This document shows positions 39,428 through 54,400 of a stretch of 64,000 nt of DNA, piece by piece; within the stretch, counting starts at the first letter, position 1; each line of letters opens with the position of its first letter. The notes under the pieces were generated by a model. It was not told the origin of the DNA, made no database searches, and saw only the letters and a list, made by a program, of their open reading frames with translations. The position numbers and the translations under genes are program-made. This DNA is from Auanema rhodensis (lineage: Eukaryota; Animalia; Nematoda). The stretch lies in the NCBI GenBank assembly GCA_964057225.1, contig CAXKVF010000074.1, positions 434,001 through 498,000 of the forward strand, in the 5' to 3' direction.

Positions 39428-42400
39428 TACGTGAACTTTAATTTATGCTAATTAAATGTACACGTGATGTGCACTTGGTATGTAACTCGCTTCACGTGAA
39501 AGATAAAGAGATGCGGTTTTCAAAATTAGATTCCCCATGTCCATATTAGTCTAAAAACAAATTTTTATTGATATTGGTTCATGGTAACCATGACTTTGAA
39601 ATTTACGTGAACTTTAATTTATGCTAATTAAATGTACACGTGATGTGCACTTGGTATGTAACTCGCTTCACGTGAAAGATAAAGAGATGCGGTTTTCAAA
39701 ATTAGATTCCCCATGTCCATATTAGTCTAAAAACAAATTTTTATTGATATTGGTTCATGGTAACCATGACTTTGAAATTTACGTGAACTTTAATTTATGC
39801 TAATTAAATGTACACGTGATGTGCACTTGGTATGTAACTCGCTTCACGTGTAAGATAAAGAGATGCGGTTTTCAAAATTAGATTCCCCATGTCCATATTA
39901 GTCTAAAAACAAATTTTTATAAATATTGGTACATGGTAACCATGACTTTGAAATTTACGTGAACTTTAATTTATGCTAATTAAATGTACACGTGATGTGC
40001 TCTTGGTATGTAACTCGCTTCACGTGAAAGATAAAGAGATGCGGTTTTCAAAATTAGATTCCCCATGTCCATATTAGTCTAAAAACAAATTTTTATTGAT
40101 ATTGGTTCATGGTAACCATGACTTTGAAATTTACGTGAACTTTAATTTATGCTAATTAAATGTACACGTGATGTGCACTTGGTATGTAACTCGCTTCACG
40201 TGAAAGATAAAGAGATGCGGTTTTCAAAATTAGATTCCCCATGTCCATATTAGTCTAAAAACAAATTTTTATTGATATTGGTTCATGGTAACCATGACTT
40301 TGAAATTTACGTGAACTTTAATTTATGCTAATTAAATGTACACGTGATGTGCACTTGGTATGTAACTCGCTTCACGTGAAAGTTAAAGAGATGCGGTTTT
40401 CAAAATTAGATTCCTCATGTCCATATTAGTCTAAAAACAAATTTTTATTGATATTGGTGCATGGTAACCATGACTTTGAAATTTACGTGAACTTTAATTT
40501 ATGCTAATTAAATGTACACGTGATGTGCACTTGGTATGTAACTCGCTTCACGTGAAAGATAAAGAGATGCGGTTTTCAAAATTATATTCCCCATGTCCAT
40601 ATTAGTCTAAAAACAAATTTTTATTGATATTGGTGCATGGTAACCATGACTTTGAAATTTACGTGAACTTTAATTTATGCTAATTAAATGTACACGTGAT
40701 GTGCACTTGGTATGTAACTCGCTTCACGTGAAAGATAAAGAGATGCGGTTTTCAAAATTAGATTCCCCATGTCCATATTAGTCTAAAAACAAATTTTTAT
40801 TGATATTGGTGCATGGTAACCATGACTTTGAATTTTACGTGAACTTTAATTTATGCTAATTAAATGTACACGTGATGTGCACTTGGTATGTAACTCGCTT
40901 CACGTGAAAGATAAAGAGATGCGGTTTTCAAAATTATATTCCCCATGTCCATATTAGTCTAAAAACAAATTTTTATTGATATTGGTGCATGGTAACCATG
41001 ACTTTGAAATTTACGTGAACTTTAATTTATGCTAATTAAATGTACACGTGATGTGCACTTGGTATGTAACTCGCTTCACGTGAAAGATAAAGAGATGCGG
41101 TTTTCAAAATTAGATTCCCCATGTCCATATTAGTCTAAAAACAAATTTTTATTGATATTGGTTCATGGTAACCATGACTTTGAAATTTACGTGAACTTTA
41201 ATTTATGCTAATTAAATGTACACGTGATGTGCACTTGGTATGTAACTCGCTTCACGTGAAAGTTAAAGAGATGCGGTTTTCAAAATTAGATTCCCCATGT
41301 CCATATTAGTCTAAAAACAAATTTTTATTGATATTGGTGCATGGTAACCATGACTTTGAAATTTACGTGAACTTTAATTTATGCTAATTAAATGTACACG
41401 TGATGTGCACTTGGTATGTAACTCGCTTCACGTGAAAGATAAAGAGATGCGGTTTTCAAAATTAGATTCCCCATGTCCATATTAGTCTAAAAACAAATTT
41501 TTATTGATATTGGTTCATGGTAACCATGACTTTGAAATTTACGTGAACTTTAATTTATGCTAATTAAATGTACACGTGATGTGCACTTGGTATGTAACTC
41601 GCTTCACGTGAAAGATAAAGAGATGCGGTTTTCAAAATTAGATTCCCCATGTCCATATTAGTCTAAAAACAAATTTTTATTGATATTGGTGCATGGTAAC
41701 CATGACTTTGAAATTTACGTGAACTTTAATTTATGCTAATTAAATGTACACGTGATGTGCTCTTGGTATGTAACTCGCTTCACGTGAAAGATAAAGAGAT
41801 GCGGTTTTCAAAATTAGATTACCCATGTCCATATTAGTCTAAAAACAAATTTTTATTGATATTGGTGCATGGTAACCATGACTTTGAAATTTACGTGAAC
41901 TTTAATTTATGCTAATTAAATGTACACGTGATGTGCTCTTGGTATGTAACTCGCTTCACGTGAAAGATAAAGAGATGCGGTTTTCAAAATTAGATTACCC
42001 ATGTCCATAATAGTCTAAAAACAAATTTTTATTGATATTGGTGCATGGTAACCATGACTTTGAAATTTACGTGAACTTTAATTTATGCTAATTAAATGTA
42101 CACGTGATGTGCACTTGGTATGTAACTCGCTTCACGTGAAAGATAAAGAGATGCGGTTTTCAAAATTAGATTCCCCATGTCCATATTAGTCTAAAAACAA
42201 ATTTTTATTGATATTGGTTCATGGTAACCATGACTTTGAAATTTACGTGAACTTTAATTTATGCTAATTAAATGTACACGTGATGTGCACTTGGTATGTA
42301 ACTCGCTTCACGTGAAAGATAAAGAGATGCGGTTTTCAAAATTAGATCCCCCATGTCCATATTAGTCTAAATACTAATTTTTATTGATATTGGTGCATGG

Positions 42401-45400
42401 TAACCATGACTTTGAAATTTACGTGAACTTTAATTTATGCTAATTAAATGTACACGTGATGTGCACTTGGTATGTAACTCGCTTCACGTGAAAGATAAAG
42501 AGATGCGGTTTTCAAAATTAGATTCCCCATGTCCATATTAGTCTAAAAACAAATTTTTATTGATATTGGTGCATGGTAACCATGACTTTGAATTTTACGT
42601 GAACTTTAATTTATGCTAATTAAATGTACACGTGATGTGCACTTGGTATGTAACTCGCTTCACGTGAAAGATAAAGAGATGCGGTTTTCAAAATTAGATT
42701 CCCCATGTCCATATTAGTCTAAAAACAAATTTTTATTGATATTGGTTCATGGTAACCATGACTTTGAAATTTACGTGAACTTTAATTTATGCTAATTAAA
42801 TGTACACGTGATGTGCACTTGGTATGTAACTCGCTTCACGTGAAAGATAAAGAGATGCGGTTTTCAAAATTAGATTCCCCATGTCCATATTAGTCTAAAA
42901 ACAAATTTTTATTGATATTGGTGCATGGTAACCATGACTTTGAATTTTACGTGAACTTTAATTTATGCTAATTAAATGTACACGTGATGTGCACTTGGTA
43001 TGTAACTCGCTTCACGTGAAAGATAAAGAGATGCGGTTTTCAAAATTAGATTCCCCATGTCCATATTAGTCTAAAAACAAATTTTTATTGATATTGGTTC
43101 ATGGTAACCATGACTTTGAAATTTACGTGAACTTTAATTTATGCTAATTAAATGTACACGTGATGTGCACTTGGTATGTAACTCGCTTCACGTGTAAGAT
43201 AAAGAGATGCGGTTTTCAAAATTAGATTCCCCATGTCCATATTAGTCTAAAAACAAATTTTTATTGATATTGGTTCATGGTAACCATGACTTTGAAATTT
43301 ACGTGAACTTTAATTTATGCTAATTAAATGTACACGTGATGTGCACTTGGTATGTAACTCGCTTCACGTGAAAGATAAAGAGATGCGGTTTTCAAAATTA
43401 GATTCCCCATGTCCATATTAGTCTAAAAACAAATTTTTATTGATATTGGTTCATGGTAACCATGACTTTGAAATTTACGTGAACTTTAATTTATGCTAAT
43501 TAAATGTACACGTGATGTGCACTTGGTATGTAACTCGCTTCACGTGAAAGTTAAAGAGATGCGGTTTTCAAAATTAGATTCCCCATGTCCATATTAGTCT
43601 AAAAACAAATTTTTATTGATATTGGTTCATGGTAACCATGACTTTGAAATTTACGTGAACTTTAATTTATGCTAATTAAATGTACACGTGATGTGCACTT
43701 GGTATGTAACTCGCTTCACGTGAAAGATAAAGAGATGCGGTTTTCAAAATTAGATTCCCCATGTCCATATTAGTCTAAAAACAAATTTTTATTGATATTG
43801 GTTCATGGTAACCATGACTTTGAAATTTACGTGAACTTTAATTTATGCTAATTAAATGTACACGTGATGTGCACTTGGTATGTAACTCGCTTCACGTGAA
43901 AGTTAAAGAGATGCGGTTTTCAAAATTAGATTCCCCATGTCCATATTAGTCTAAAAACAAATTTTTATTGATATTGGTGCATGGTAACCATGACTTTGAA
44001 ATTTACGTGAACTTTAATTTATGCTAATTAAATGTACACGTGATGTGCACTTGGTATGTAACTCGCTTCACGTGAAAGATAAAGAGATGCGGTTTTCAAA
44101 ATTAGATTCCCCATGTCCATATTAGTCTAAAAACAAATTTTTATTGATATTGGTTCATGGTAACCATGACTTTGAAATTTACGTGAACTTTAATTTATGC
44201 TAATTAAATGTACACGTGATGTGCACTTGGTATGTAACTCGCTTCACGTGTAAGATAAAGAGATGCGGTTTTCAAAATTAGATTCCCCATGTCCATATTA
44301 GTCTAAAAACAAATTTTTATAAATATTGGTACATGGTAACCATGACTTTGAAATTTACGTGAACTTTAATTTATGCTAATTAAATGTACACGTGATGTGC
44401 TCTTGGTATGTAACTCGCTTCACGTGAAAGATAAAGAGATGCGGTTTTCAAAATTAGATTCCCCATGTCCATATTAGTCTAAAAACAAATTTTTATTGAT
44501 ATTGGTTCATGGTAACCATGACTTTGAAATTTACGTGAACTTTAATTTATGCTAATTAAATGTACACGTGATGTGCACTTGGTATGTAACTCGCTTCACG
44601 TGAAAGATAAAGAGATGCGGTTTTCAAAATTAGATTCCCCATGTCCATATTAGTCTAAAAACAAATTTTTATTGATATTGGTTCATGGTAACCATGACTT
44701 TGAAATTTACGTGAACTTTAATTTATGCTAATTAAATGTACACGTGATGTGCACTTGGTATGTAACTCGCTTCACGTGAAAGTTAAAGAGATGCGGTTTT
44801 CAAAATTAGATTCCTCATGTCCATATTAGTCTAAAAACAAATTTTTATTGATATTGGTGCATGGTAACCATGACTTTGAAATTTACGTGAACTTTAATTT
44901 ATGCTAATTAAATGTACACGTGATGTGCACTTGGTATGTAACTCGCTTCACGTGAAAGATAAAGAGATGCGGTTTTCAAAATTATATTCCCCATGTCCAT
45001 ATTAGTCTAAAAACAAATTTTTATTGATATTGGTGCATGGTAACCATGACTTTGAAATTTACGTGAACTTTAATTTATGCTAATTAAATGTACACGTGAT
45101 GTGCACTTGGTATGTAACTCGCTTCACGTGAAAGATAAAGAGATGCGGTTTTCAAAATTAGATTCCCCATGTCCATATTAGTCTAAAAACAAATTTTTAT
45201 TGATATTGGTGCATGGTAACCATGACTTTGAATTTTACGTGAACTTTAATTTATGCTAATTAAATGTACACGTGATGTGCACTTGGTATGTAACTCGCTT
45301 CACGTGAAAGATAAAGAGATGCGGTTTTCAAAATTATATTCCCCATGTCCATATTAGTCTAAAAACAAATTTTTATTGATATTGGTGCATGGTAACCATG

Positions 45401-48400
45401 ACTTTGAAATTTACGTGAACTTTAATTTATGCTAATTAAATGTACACGTGATGTGCACTTGGTATGTAACTCGCTTCACGTGAAAGATAAAGAGATGCGG
45501 TTTTCAAAATTAGATTCCCCATGTCCATATTAGTCTAAAAACAAATTTTTATTGATATTGGATCATGGTAACCATGACTTTGAAATTTACGTGAACTTTA
45601 ATTTATGCTAATTAAATGTACACGTGATGTGCACTTGGTATGTAACTCGCTTCACGTGAAAGTTAAAGAGATGCGGTTTTCAAAATTAGATTCCCCATGT
45701 CCATATTAGTCTAAAAACAAATTTTTATTGATATTGGTGCATGGTAACCATGACTTTGAAATTTACGTGAACTTTAATTTATGCTAATTAAATGTACACG
45801 TGATGTGCACTTGGTATGTAACTCGCTTCACGTGAAAGATAAAGAGATGCGGTTTTCAAAATTAGATTCCCCATGTCCATATTAGTCTAAAAACAAATTT
45901 TTATTGATATTGGTTCATGGTAACCATGACTTTGAAATTTACGTGAACTTTAATTTATGCTAATTAAATGTACACGTGATGTGCACTTGGTATGTAACTC
46001 GCTTCACGTGAAAGATAAAGAGATGCGGTTTTCAAAATTAGATTCCCCATGTCCATATTAGTCTAAAAACAAATTTTTATTGATATTGGTGCATGGTAAC
46101 CATGACTTTGAAATTTACGTGAACTTTAATTTATGCTAATTAAATGTACACGTGATGTGCTCTTGGTATGTAACTCGCTTCACGTGAAAGATAAAGAGAT
46201 GCGGTTTTCAAAATTAGATTACCCATGTCCATATTAGTCTAAAAACAAATTTTTATTGATATTGGTGCATGGTAACCATGACTTTGAAATTTACGTGAAC
46301 TTTAATTTATGCTAATTAAATGTACACGTGATGTGCTCTTGGTATGTAACTCGCTTCACGTGAAAGATAAAGAGATGCGGTTTTCAAAATTAGATTACCC
46401 ATGTCCATAATAGTCTAAAAACAAATTTTTATTGATATTGGTGCATGGTAACCATGACTTTGAAATTTACGTGAACTTTAATTTATGCTAATTAAATGTA
46501 CACGTGATGTGCACTTGGTATGTAACTCGCTTCACGTGAAAGATAAAGAGATGCGGTTTTCAAAATTAGATTCCCCATGTCCATATTAGTCTAAAAACAA
46601 ATTTTTATTGATATTGGTTCATGGTAACCATGACTTTGAAATTTACGTGAACTTTAATTTATGCTAATTAAATGTACACGTGATGTGCACTTGGTATGTA
46701 ACTCGCTTCACGTGAAAGATAAAGAGATGCGGTTTTCAAAATTAGATTCCCCATGTCCATAATAGTCTAAAAACAAATTTTTATTGATATTGGTGCATGG
46801 TAACCATGACTTTGAAATTTACGTGAACTTTAATTTATGCTAATTAAATGTACACGTGATGTGCTCTTGGTATGTAACTCGCTTCACGTGAAAGATAAAG
46901 AGATGCGGTTTTCAAAATTAGATTACCCATGTCCATATTAGTCTAAAAACAAATTTTTATTGATATTGGTGCATGGTAACCATGACTTTGAAATTTACGT
47001 GAACTTTAATTTATGCTAATTAAATGTACACGTGATGTGCTCTTGGTATGTAACTCGCTTCACGTGAAAGATAAAGAGATGCGGTTTTCAAAATTAGATT
47101 ACCCATGTCCATAATAGTCTAAAAACAAATTTTTATTGATATTGGTGCATGGTAACCATGACTTTGAAATTTACGTGAACTTTAATTTATGCTAATTAAA
47201 TGTACACGTGATGTGCACTTGGTATGTAACTCGCTTCACGTGAAAGATAAAGAGATGCGGTTTTCAAAATTAGATTCCCCATGTCCATATTAGTCTAAAA
47301 ACAAATTTTTATTGATATTGGTTCATGGTAACCATGACTTTGAAATTTACGTGAACTTTAATTTATGCTAATTAAATGTACACGTGATGTGCACTTGGTA
47401 TGTAACTCGCTTCACGTGAAAGATAAAGAGATGCGGTTTTCAAAATTAGATCCCCCATGTCCATATTAGTCTAAATACTAATTTTTATTGATATTGGTGC
47501 ATGGTAACCATGACTTTGAAATTTACGTGAACTTTAATTTATGCTAATTAAATGTACACGTGATGTGCACTTGGTATGTAACTCGCTTCATGTGAAAGAT
47601 AAAGAGATGCGGTTTTCAAAATTAGATTCCCCATGTCCATATTAGTCTAAAAACAAATTTTTATTGATATTGGTGCATGGTAACCATGACTTTGAATTTT
47701 ACGTGAACTTTAATTTATGCTAATTAAATGTACACGTGATGTGCACTTGGTATGTAACTCGCTTCACGTGAAAGATAAAGAGATGCGGTTTTCAAAATTA
47801 TATTCCCCATGTCCATATTAGTCTAAAAACAAATTTTTATTGATATTGGTGCATGGTAACCATGACTTTGAAATTTACGTGAACTTTAATTTATGCTAAT
47901 TAAATGTACACGTGATGTGCACTTGGTATGTAACTCGCTTCACGTGAAAGATAAAGAGATGCGGTTTTCAAAATTAGATTCCCCATGTCCATATTAGTCT
48001 AAAAACAAATTTTTATTGATATTGGTTCATGGTAACCATGACTTTGAAATTTACGTGAACTTTAATTTATGCTAATTAAATGTACACGTGATGTGCACTT
48101 GGTATGTAACTCGCTTCACGTGAAAGATAAAGAGATGCGGTTTTCAAAATTAGATTCCCCATGTCCATATTAGTCTAAAAACAAATTTTTATTGATATTG
48201 GTGCATGGTAACCATGACTTTGAAATTTACGTGAACTTTAATTTATGCTAATTAAATGTACACGTGATGTGCTCTTGGTATGTAACTCGCTTCACGTGAA
48301 AGATAAAGAGATGCGGTTTTCAAAATTAGATTACCCATGTCCATATTAGTCTAAAAACAAATTTTTATTGATATTGGTGCATGGTAACCATGACTTTGAA

Positions 48401-51400
48401 ATTTACGTGAACTTTAATTTATGCTAATTAAATGTACACGTGATGTGCTCTTGGTATGTAACTCGCTTCACGTGAAAGATAAAGAGATGCGGTTTTCAAA
48501 ATTAGATTACCCATGTCCATAATAGTCTAAAAACAAATTTTTATTGATATTGGTGCATGGTAACCATGACTTTGAAATTTACGTGAACTTTAATTTATGC
48601 TAATTAAATGTACACGTGATGTGCACTTGGTATGTAACTCGCTTCACGTGAAAGATAAAGAGATGCGGTTTTCAAAATTAGATTCCCCATGTCCATATTA
48701 GTCTAAAAACAAATTTTTATTGATATTGGTTCATGGTAACCATGACTTTGAAATTTACGTGAACTTTAATTTATGCTAATTAAATGTACACGTGATGTGC
48801 ACTTGGTATGTAACTCGCTTCACGTGAAAGATAAAGAGATGCGGTTTTCAAAATTAGATCCCCCATGTCCATATTAGTCTAAATACTAATTTTTATTGAT
48901 ATTGGTGCATGGTAACCATGACTTTGAAATTTACGTGAACTTTAATTTATGCTAATTAAATGTACACGTGATGTGCACTTGGTATGTAACTCGCTTCACG
49001 TGAAAGATAAAGAGATGCGGTTTTCAAAATTAGATTCCCCATGTCCATATTAGTCTAAAAACAAATTTTTATTGATATTGGTGCATGGTAACCATGACTT
49101 TGAATTTTACGTGAACTTTAATTTATGCTAATTAAATGTACACGTGATGTGCACTTGGTATGTAACTCGCTTCACGTGAAAGATAAAGAGATGCGGTTTT
49201 CAAAATTAGATTCCCCATGTCCATATTAGTCTAAAAACAAATTTTTATTGATATTGGTTCATGGTAACCATGACTTTGAAATTTACGTGAACTTTAATTT
49301 ATGCTAATTAAATGTACACGTGATGTGCACTTGGTATGTAACTCGCTTCACGTGAAAGATAAAGAGATGCGGTTTTCAAAATTAGATTCCCCATGTCCAT
49401 ATTAGTCTAAAAACAAATTTTTATTGATATTGGTGCATGGTAACCATGACTTTGAATTTTACGTGAACTTTAATTTATGCTAATTAAATGTACACGTGAT
49501 GTGCACTTGGTATGTAACTCGCTTCACGTGAAAGATAAAGAGATGCGGTTTTCAAAATTAGATTCCCCATGTCCATATTAGTCTAAAAACAAATTTTTAT
49601 TGATATTGGTTCATGGTAACCATGACTTTGAAATTTACGTGAACTTTAATTTATGCTAATTAAATGTACACGTGATGTGCACTTGGTATGTAACTCGCTT
49701 CACGTGTAAGATAAAGAGATGCGGTTTTCAAAATTAGATTCCCCATGTCCATATTAGTCTAAAAACAAATTTTTATTGATATTGGTTCATGGTAACCATG
49801 ACTTTGAAATTTACGTGAACTTTAATTTATGCTAATTAAATGTACACGTGATGTGCACTTGGTATGTAACTCGCTTCACGTGAAAGATAAAGAGATGCGG
49901 TTTTCAAAATTAGATTCCCCATGTCCATATTAGTCTAAAAACAAATTTTTATTGATATTGGTTCATGGTAACCATGACTTTGAAATTTACGTGAACTTTA
50001 ATTTATGCTAATTAAATGTACACGTGATGTGCACTTGGTATGTAACTCGCTTCACGTGAAAGTTAAAGAGATGCGGTTTTCAAAATTAGATTCCCCATGT
50101 CCATATTAGTCTAAAAACAAATTTTTATTGATATTGGTTCATGGTAACCATGACTTTGAAATTTACGTGAACTTTAATTTATGCTAATTAAATGTACACG
50201 TGATGTGCACTTGGTATGTAACTCGCTTCACGTGAAAGATAAAGAGATGCGGTTTTCAAAATTAGATTCCCCATGTCCATATTAGTCTAAAAACAAATTT
50301 TTATTGATATTGGTTCATGGTAACCATGACTTTGAAATTTACGTGAACTTTAATTTATGCTAATTAAATGTACACGTGATGTGCACTTGGTATGTAACTC
50401 GCTTCACGTGAAAGTTAAAGAGATGCGGTTTTCAAAATTAGATTCCCCATGTCCATATTAGTCTAAAAACAAATTTTTATTGATATTGGTGCATGGTAAC
50501 CATGACTTTGAAATTTACGTGAACTTTAATTTATGCTAATTAAATGTACACGTGATGTGCACTTGGTATGTAACTCGCTTCACGTGAAAGATAAAGAGAT
50601 GCGGTTTTCAAAATTAGATTCCCCATGTCCATATTAGTCTAAAAACAAATTTTTATTGATATTGGTTCATGGTAACCATGACTTTGAAATTTACGTGAAC
50701 TTTAATTTATGCTAATTAAATGTACACGTGATGTGCACTTGGTATGTAACTCGCTTCACGTGTAAGATAAAGAGATGCGGTTTTCAAAATTAGATTCCCC
50801 ATGTCCATATTAGTCTAAAAACAAATTTTTATAAATATTGGTACATGGTAACCATGACTTTGAAATTTACGTGAACTTTAATTTATGCTAATTAAATGTA
50901 CACGTGATGTGCTCTTGGTATGTAACTCGCTTCACGTGAAAGATAAAGAGATGCGGTTTTCAAAATTAGATTCCCCATGTCCATATTAGTCTAAAAACAA
51001 ATTTTTATTGATATTGGTTCATGGTAACCATGACTTTGAAATTTACGTGAACTTTAATTTATGCTAATTAAATGTACACGTGATGTGCACTTGGTATGTA
51101 ACTCGCTTCACGTGAAAGATAAAGAGATGCGGTTTTCAAAATTAGATTCCCCATGTCCATATTAGTCTAAAAACAAATTTTTATTGATATTGGTTCATGG
51201 TAACCATGACTTTGAAATTTACGTGAACTTTAATTTATGCTAATTAAATGTACACGTGATGTGCACTTGGTATGTAACTCGCTTCACGTGAAAGTTAAAG
51301 AGATGCGGTTTTCAAAATTAGATTCCTCATGTCCATATTAGTCTAAAAACAAATTTTTATTGATATTGGTGCATGGTAACCATGACTTTGAAATTTACGT

Positions 51401-54400
51401 GAACTTTAATTTATGCTAATTAAATGTACACGTGATGTGCACTTGGTATGTAACTCGCTTCACGTGAAAGATAAAGAGATGCGGTTTTCAAAATTATATT
51501 CCCCATGTCCATATTAGTCTAAAAACAAATTTTTATTGATATTGGTGCATGGTAACCATGACTTTGAAATTTACGTGAACTTTAATTTATGCTAATTAAA
51601 TGTACACGTGATGTGCACTTGGTATGTAACTCGCTTCACGTGAAAGATAAAGAGATGCGGTTTTCAAAATTAGATTCCCCATGTCCATATTAGTCTAAAA
51701 ACAAATTTTTATTGATATTGGTGCATGGTAACCATGACTTTGAATTTTACGTGAACTTTAATTTATGCTAATTAAATGTACACGTGATGTGCACTTGGTA
51801 TGTAACTCGCTTCACGTGAAAGATAAAGAGATGCGGTTTTCAAAATTATATTCCCCATGTCCATATTAGTCTAAAAACAAATTTTTATTGATATTGGTGC
51901 ATGGTAACCATGACTTTGAAATTTACGTGAACTTTAATTTATGCTAATTAAATGTACACGTGATGTGCACTTGGTATGTAACTCGCTTCACGTGAAAGAT
52001 AAAGAGATGCGGTTTTCAAAATTAGATTCCCCATGTCCATATTAGTCTAAAAACAAATTTTTATTGATATTGGTTCATGGTAACCATGACTTTGAAATTT
52101 ACGTGAACTTTAATTTATGCTAATTAAATGTACACGTGATGTGCACTTGGTATGTAACTCGCTTCACGTGAAAGTTAAAGAGATGCGGTTTTCAAAATTA
52201 GATTCCCCATGTCCATATTAGTCTAAAAACAAATTTTTATTGATATTGGTGCATGGTAACCATGACTTTGAAATTTACGTGAACTTTAATTTATGCTAAT
52301 TAAATGTACACGTGATGTGCACTTGGTATGTAACTCGCTTCACGTGAAAGATAAAGAGATGCGGTTTTCAAAATTAGATTCCCCATGTCCATATTAGTCT
52401 AAAAACAAATTTTTATTGATATTGGTTCATGGTAACCATGACTTTGAAATTTACGTGAACTTTAATTTATGCTAATTAAATGTACACGTGATGTGCACTT
52501 GGTATGTAACTCGCTTCACGTGAAAGATAAAGAGATGCGGTTTTCAAAATTAGATTCCCCATGTCCATATTAGTCTAAAAACAAATTTTTATTGATATTG
52601 GTGCATGGTAACCATGACTTTGAAATTTACGTGAACTTTAATTTATGCTAATTAAATGTACACGTGATGTGCTCTTGGTATGTAACTCGCTTCACGTGAA
52701 AGATAAAGAGATGCGGTTTTCAAAATTAGATTACCCATGTCCATATTAGTCTAAAAACAAATTTTTATTGATATTGGTGCATGGTAACCATGACTTTGAA
52801 ATTTACGTGAACTTTAATTTATGCTAATTAAATGTACACGTGATGTGCTCTTGGTATGTAACTCGCTTCACGTGAAAGATAAAGAGATGCGGTTTTCAAA
52901 ATTAGATTACCCATGTCCATAATAGTCTAAAAACAAATTTTTATTGATATTGGTGCATGGTAACCATGACTTTGAAATTTACGTGAACTTTAATTTATGC
53001 TAATTAAATGTACACGTGATGTGCACTTGGTATGTAACTCGCTTCACGTGAAAGATAAAGAGATGCGGTTTTCAAAATTAGATTCCCCATGTCCATATTA
53101 GTCTAAAAACAAATTTTTATTGATATTGGTTCATGGTAACCATGACTTTGAAATTTACGTGAACTTTAATTTATGCTAATTAAATGTACACGTGATGTGC
53201 ACTTGGTATGTAACTCGCTTCACGTGAAAGATAAAGAGATGCGGTTTTCAAAATTAGATCCCCCATGTCCATATTAGTCTAAATACTAATTTTTATTGAT
53301 ATTGGTGCATGGTAACCATGACTTTGAAATTTACGTGAACTTTAATTTATGCTAATTAAATGTACACGTGATGTGCACTTGGTATGTAACTCGCTTCACG
53401 TGAAAGATAAAGAGATGCGGTTTTCAAAATTAGATTCCCCATGTCCATATTAGTCTAAAAACAAATTTTTATTGATATTGGTGCATGGTAACCATGACTT
53501 TGAATTTTACGTGAACTTTAATTTATGCTAATTAAATGTACACGTGATGTGCACTTGGTATGTAACTCGCTTCACGTGAAAGATAAAGAGATGCGGTTTT
53601 CAAAATTAGATTCCCCATGTCCATATTAGTCTAAAAACAAATTTTTATTGATATTGGTTCATGGTAACCATGACTTTGAAATTTACGTGAACTTTAATTT
53701 ATGCTAATTAAATGTACACGTGATGTGCACTTGGTATGTAACTCGCTTCACGTGTAAGATAAAGAGATGCGGTTTTCAAAATTAGATTCCCCATGTCCAT
53801 ATTAGTCTAAAAACAAATTTTTATAAATATTGGTGCATGGTAACCATGACTTTGAAATTTACGTGAACTTTAATTTATGCTAATTAAATGTACACGTGAT
53901 GTGCTCTTGGTATGTAACTCGCTTCACGTGAAAGATAAAGAGATGCGGTTTTCAAAATTAGATTCCCCATGTCCATATTAGTCTAAAAACAAATTTTTAT
54001 TGATATTGGTTCATGGTAACCATGACTTTGAAATTTACGTGAACTTTAATTTATGCTAATTAAATGTACACGTGATGTGCACTTGGTATGTAACTCGCTT
54101 CACGTGAAAGATAAAGAGATGCGGTTTTCAAAATTAGATTCCCCATGTCCATATTAGTCTAAAAACAAATTTTTATTGATATTGGTTCATGGTAACCATG
54201 ACTTTGAAATTTACGTGAACTTTAATTTATGCTAATTAAATGTACACGTGATGTGCACTTGGTATGTAACTCGCTTCACGTGAAAGTTAAAGAGATGCGG
54301 TTTTCAAAATTAGATTCCCCATGTCCATATTAGTCTAAAAACAAATTTTTATTGATATTGGTTCATGGTAACCATGACTTTGAAATTTACGTGAACTTTA

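Noticed and set aside
39269-39451. 60-aa ORF MLIKCTRDVHLV...
   Set aside because: It is a translation of the satellite. The consensus frame stops at TAG (monomer positions 120-122), and a single A>G at 39372 makes TGG in this one copy. The unit length of 176 is not a multiple of 3, and there is no recognisable domain.
45562-45562. T151A shared with 11242 and 15818 as evidence of a long-range duplication
   Set aside because: The neighbouring monomers do not match. Recurrent mutation or a short conversion is sufficient.
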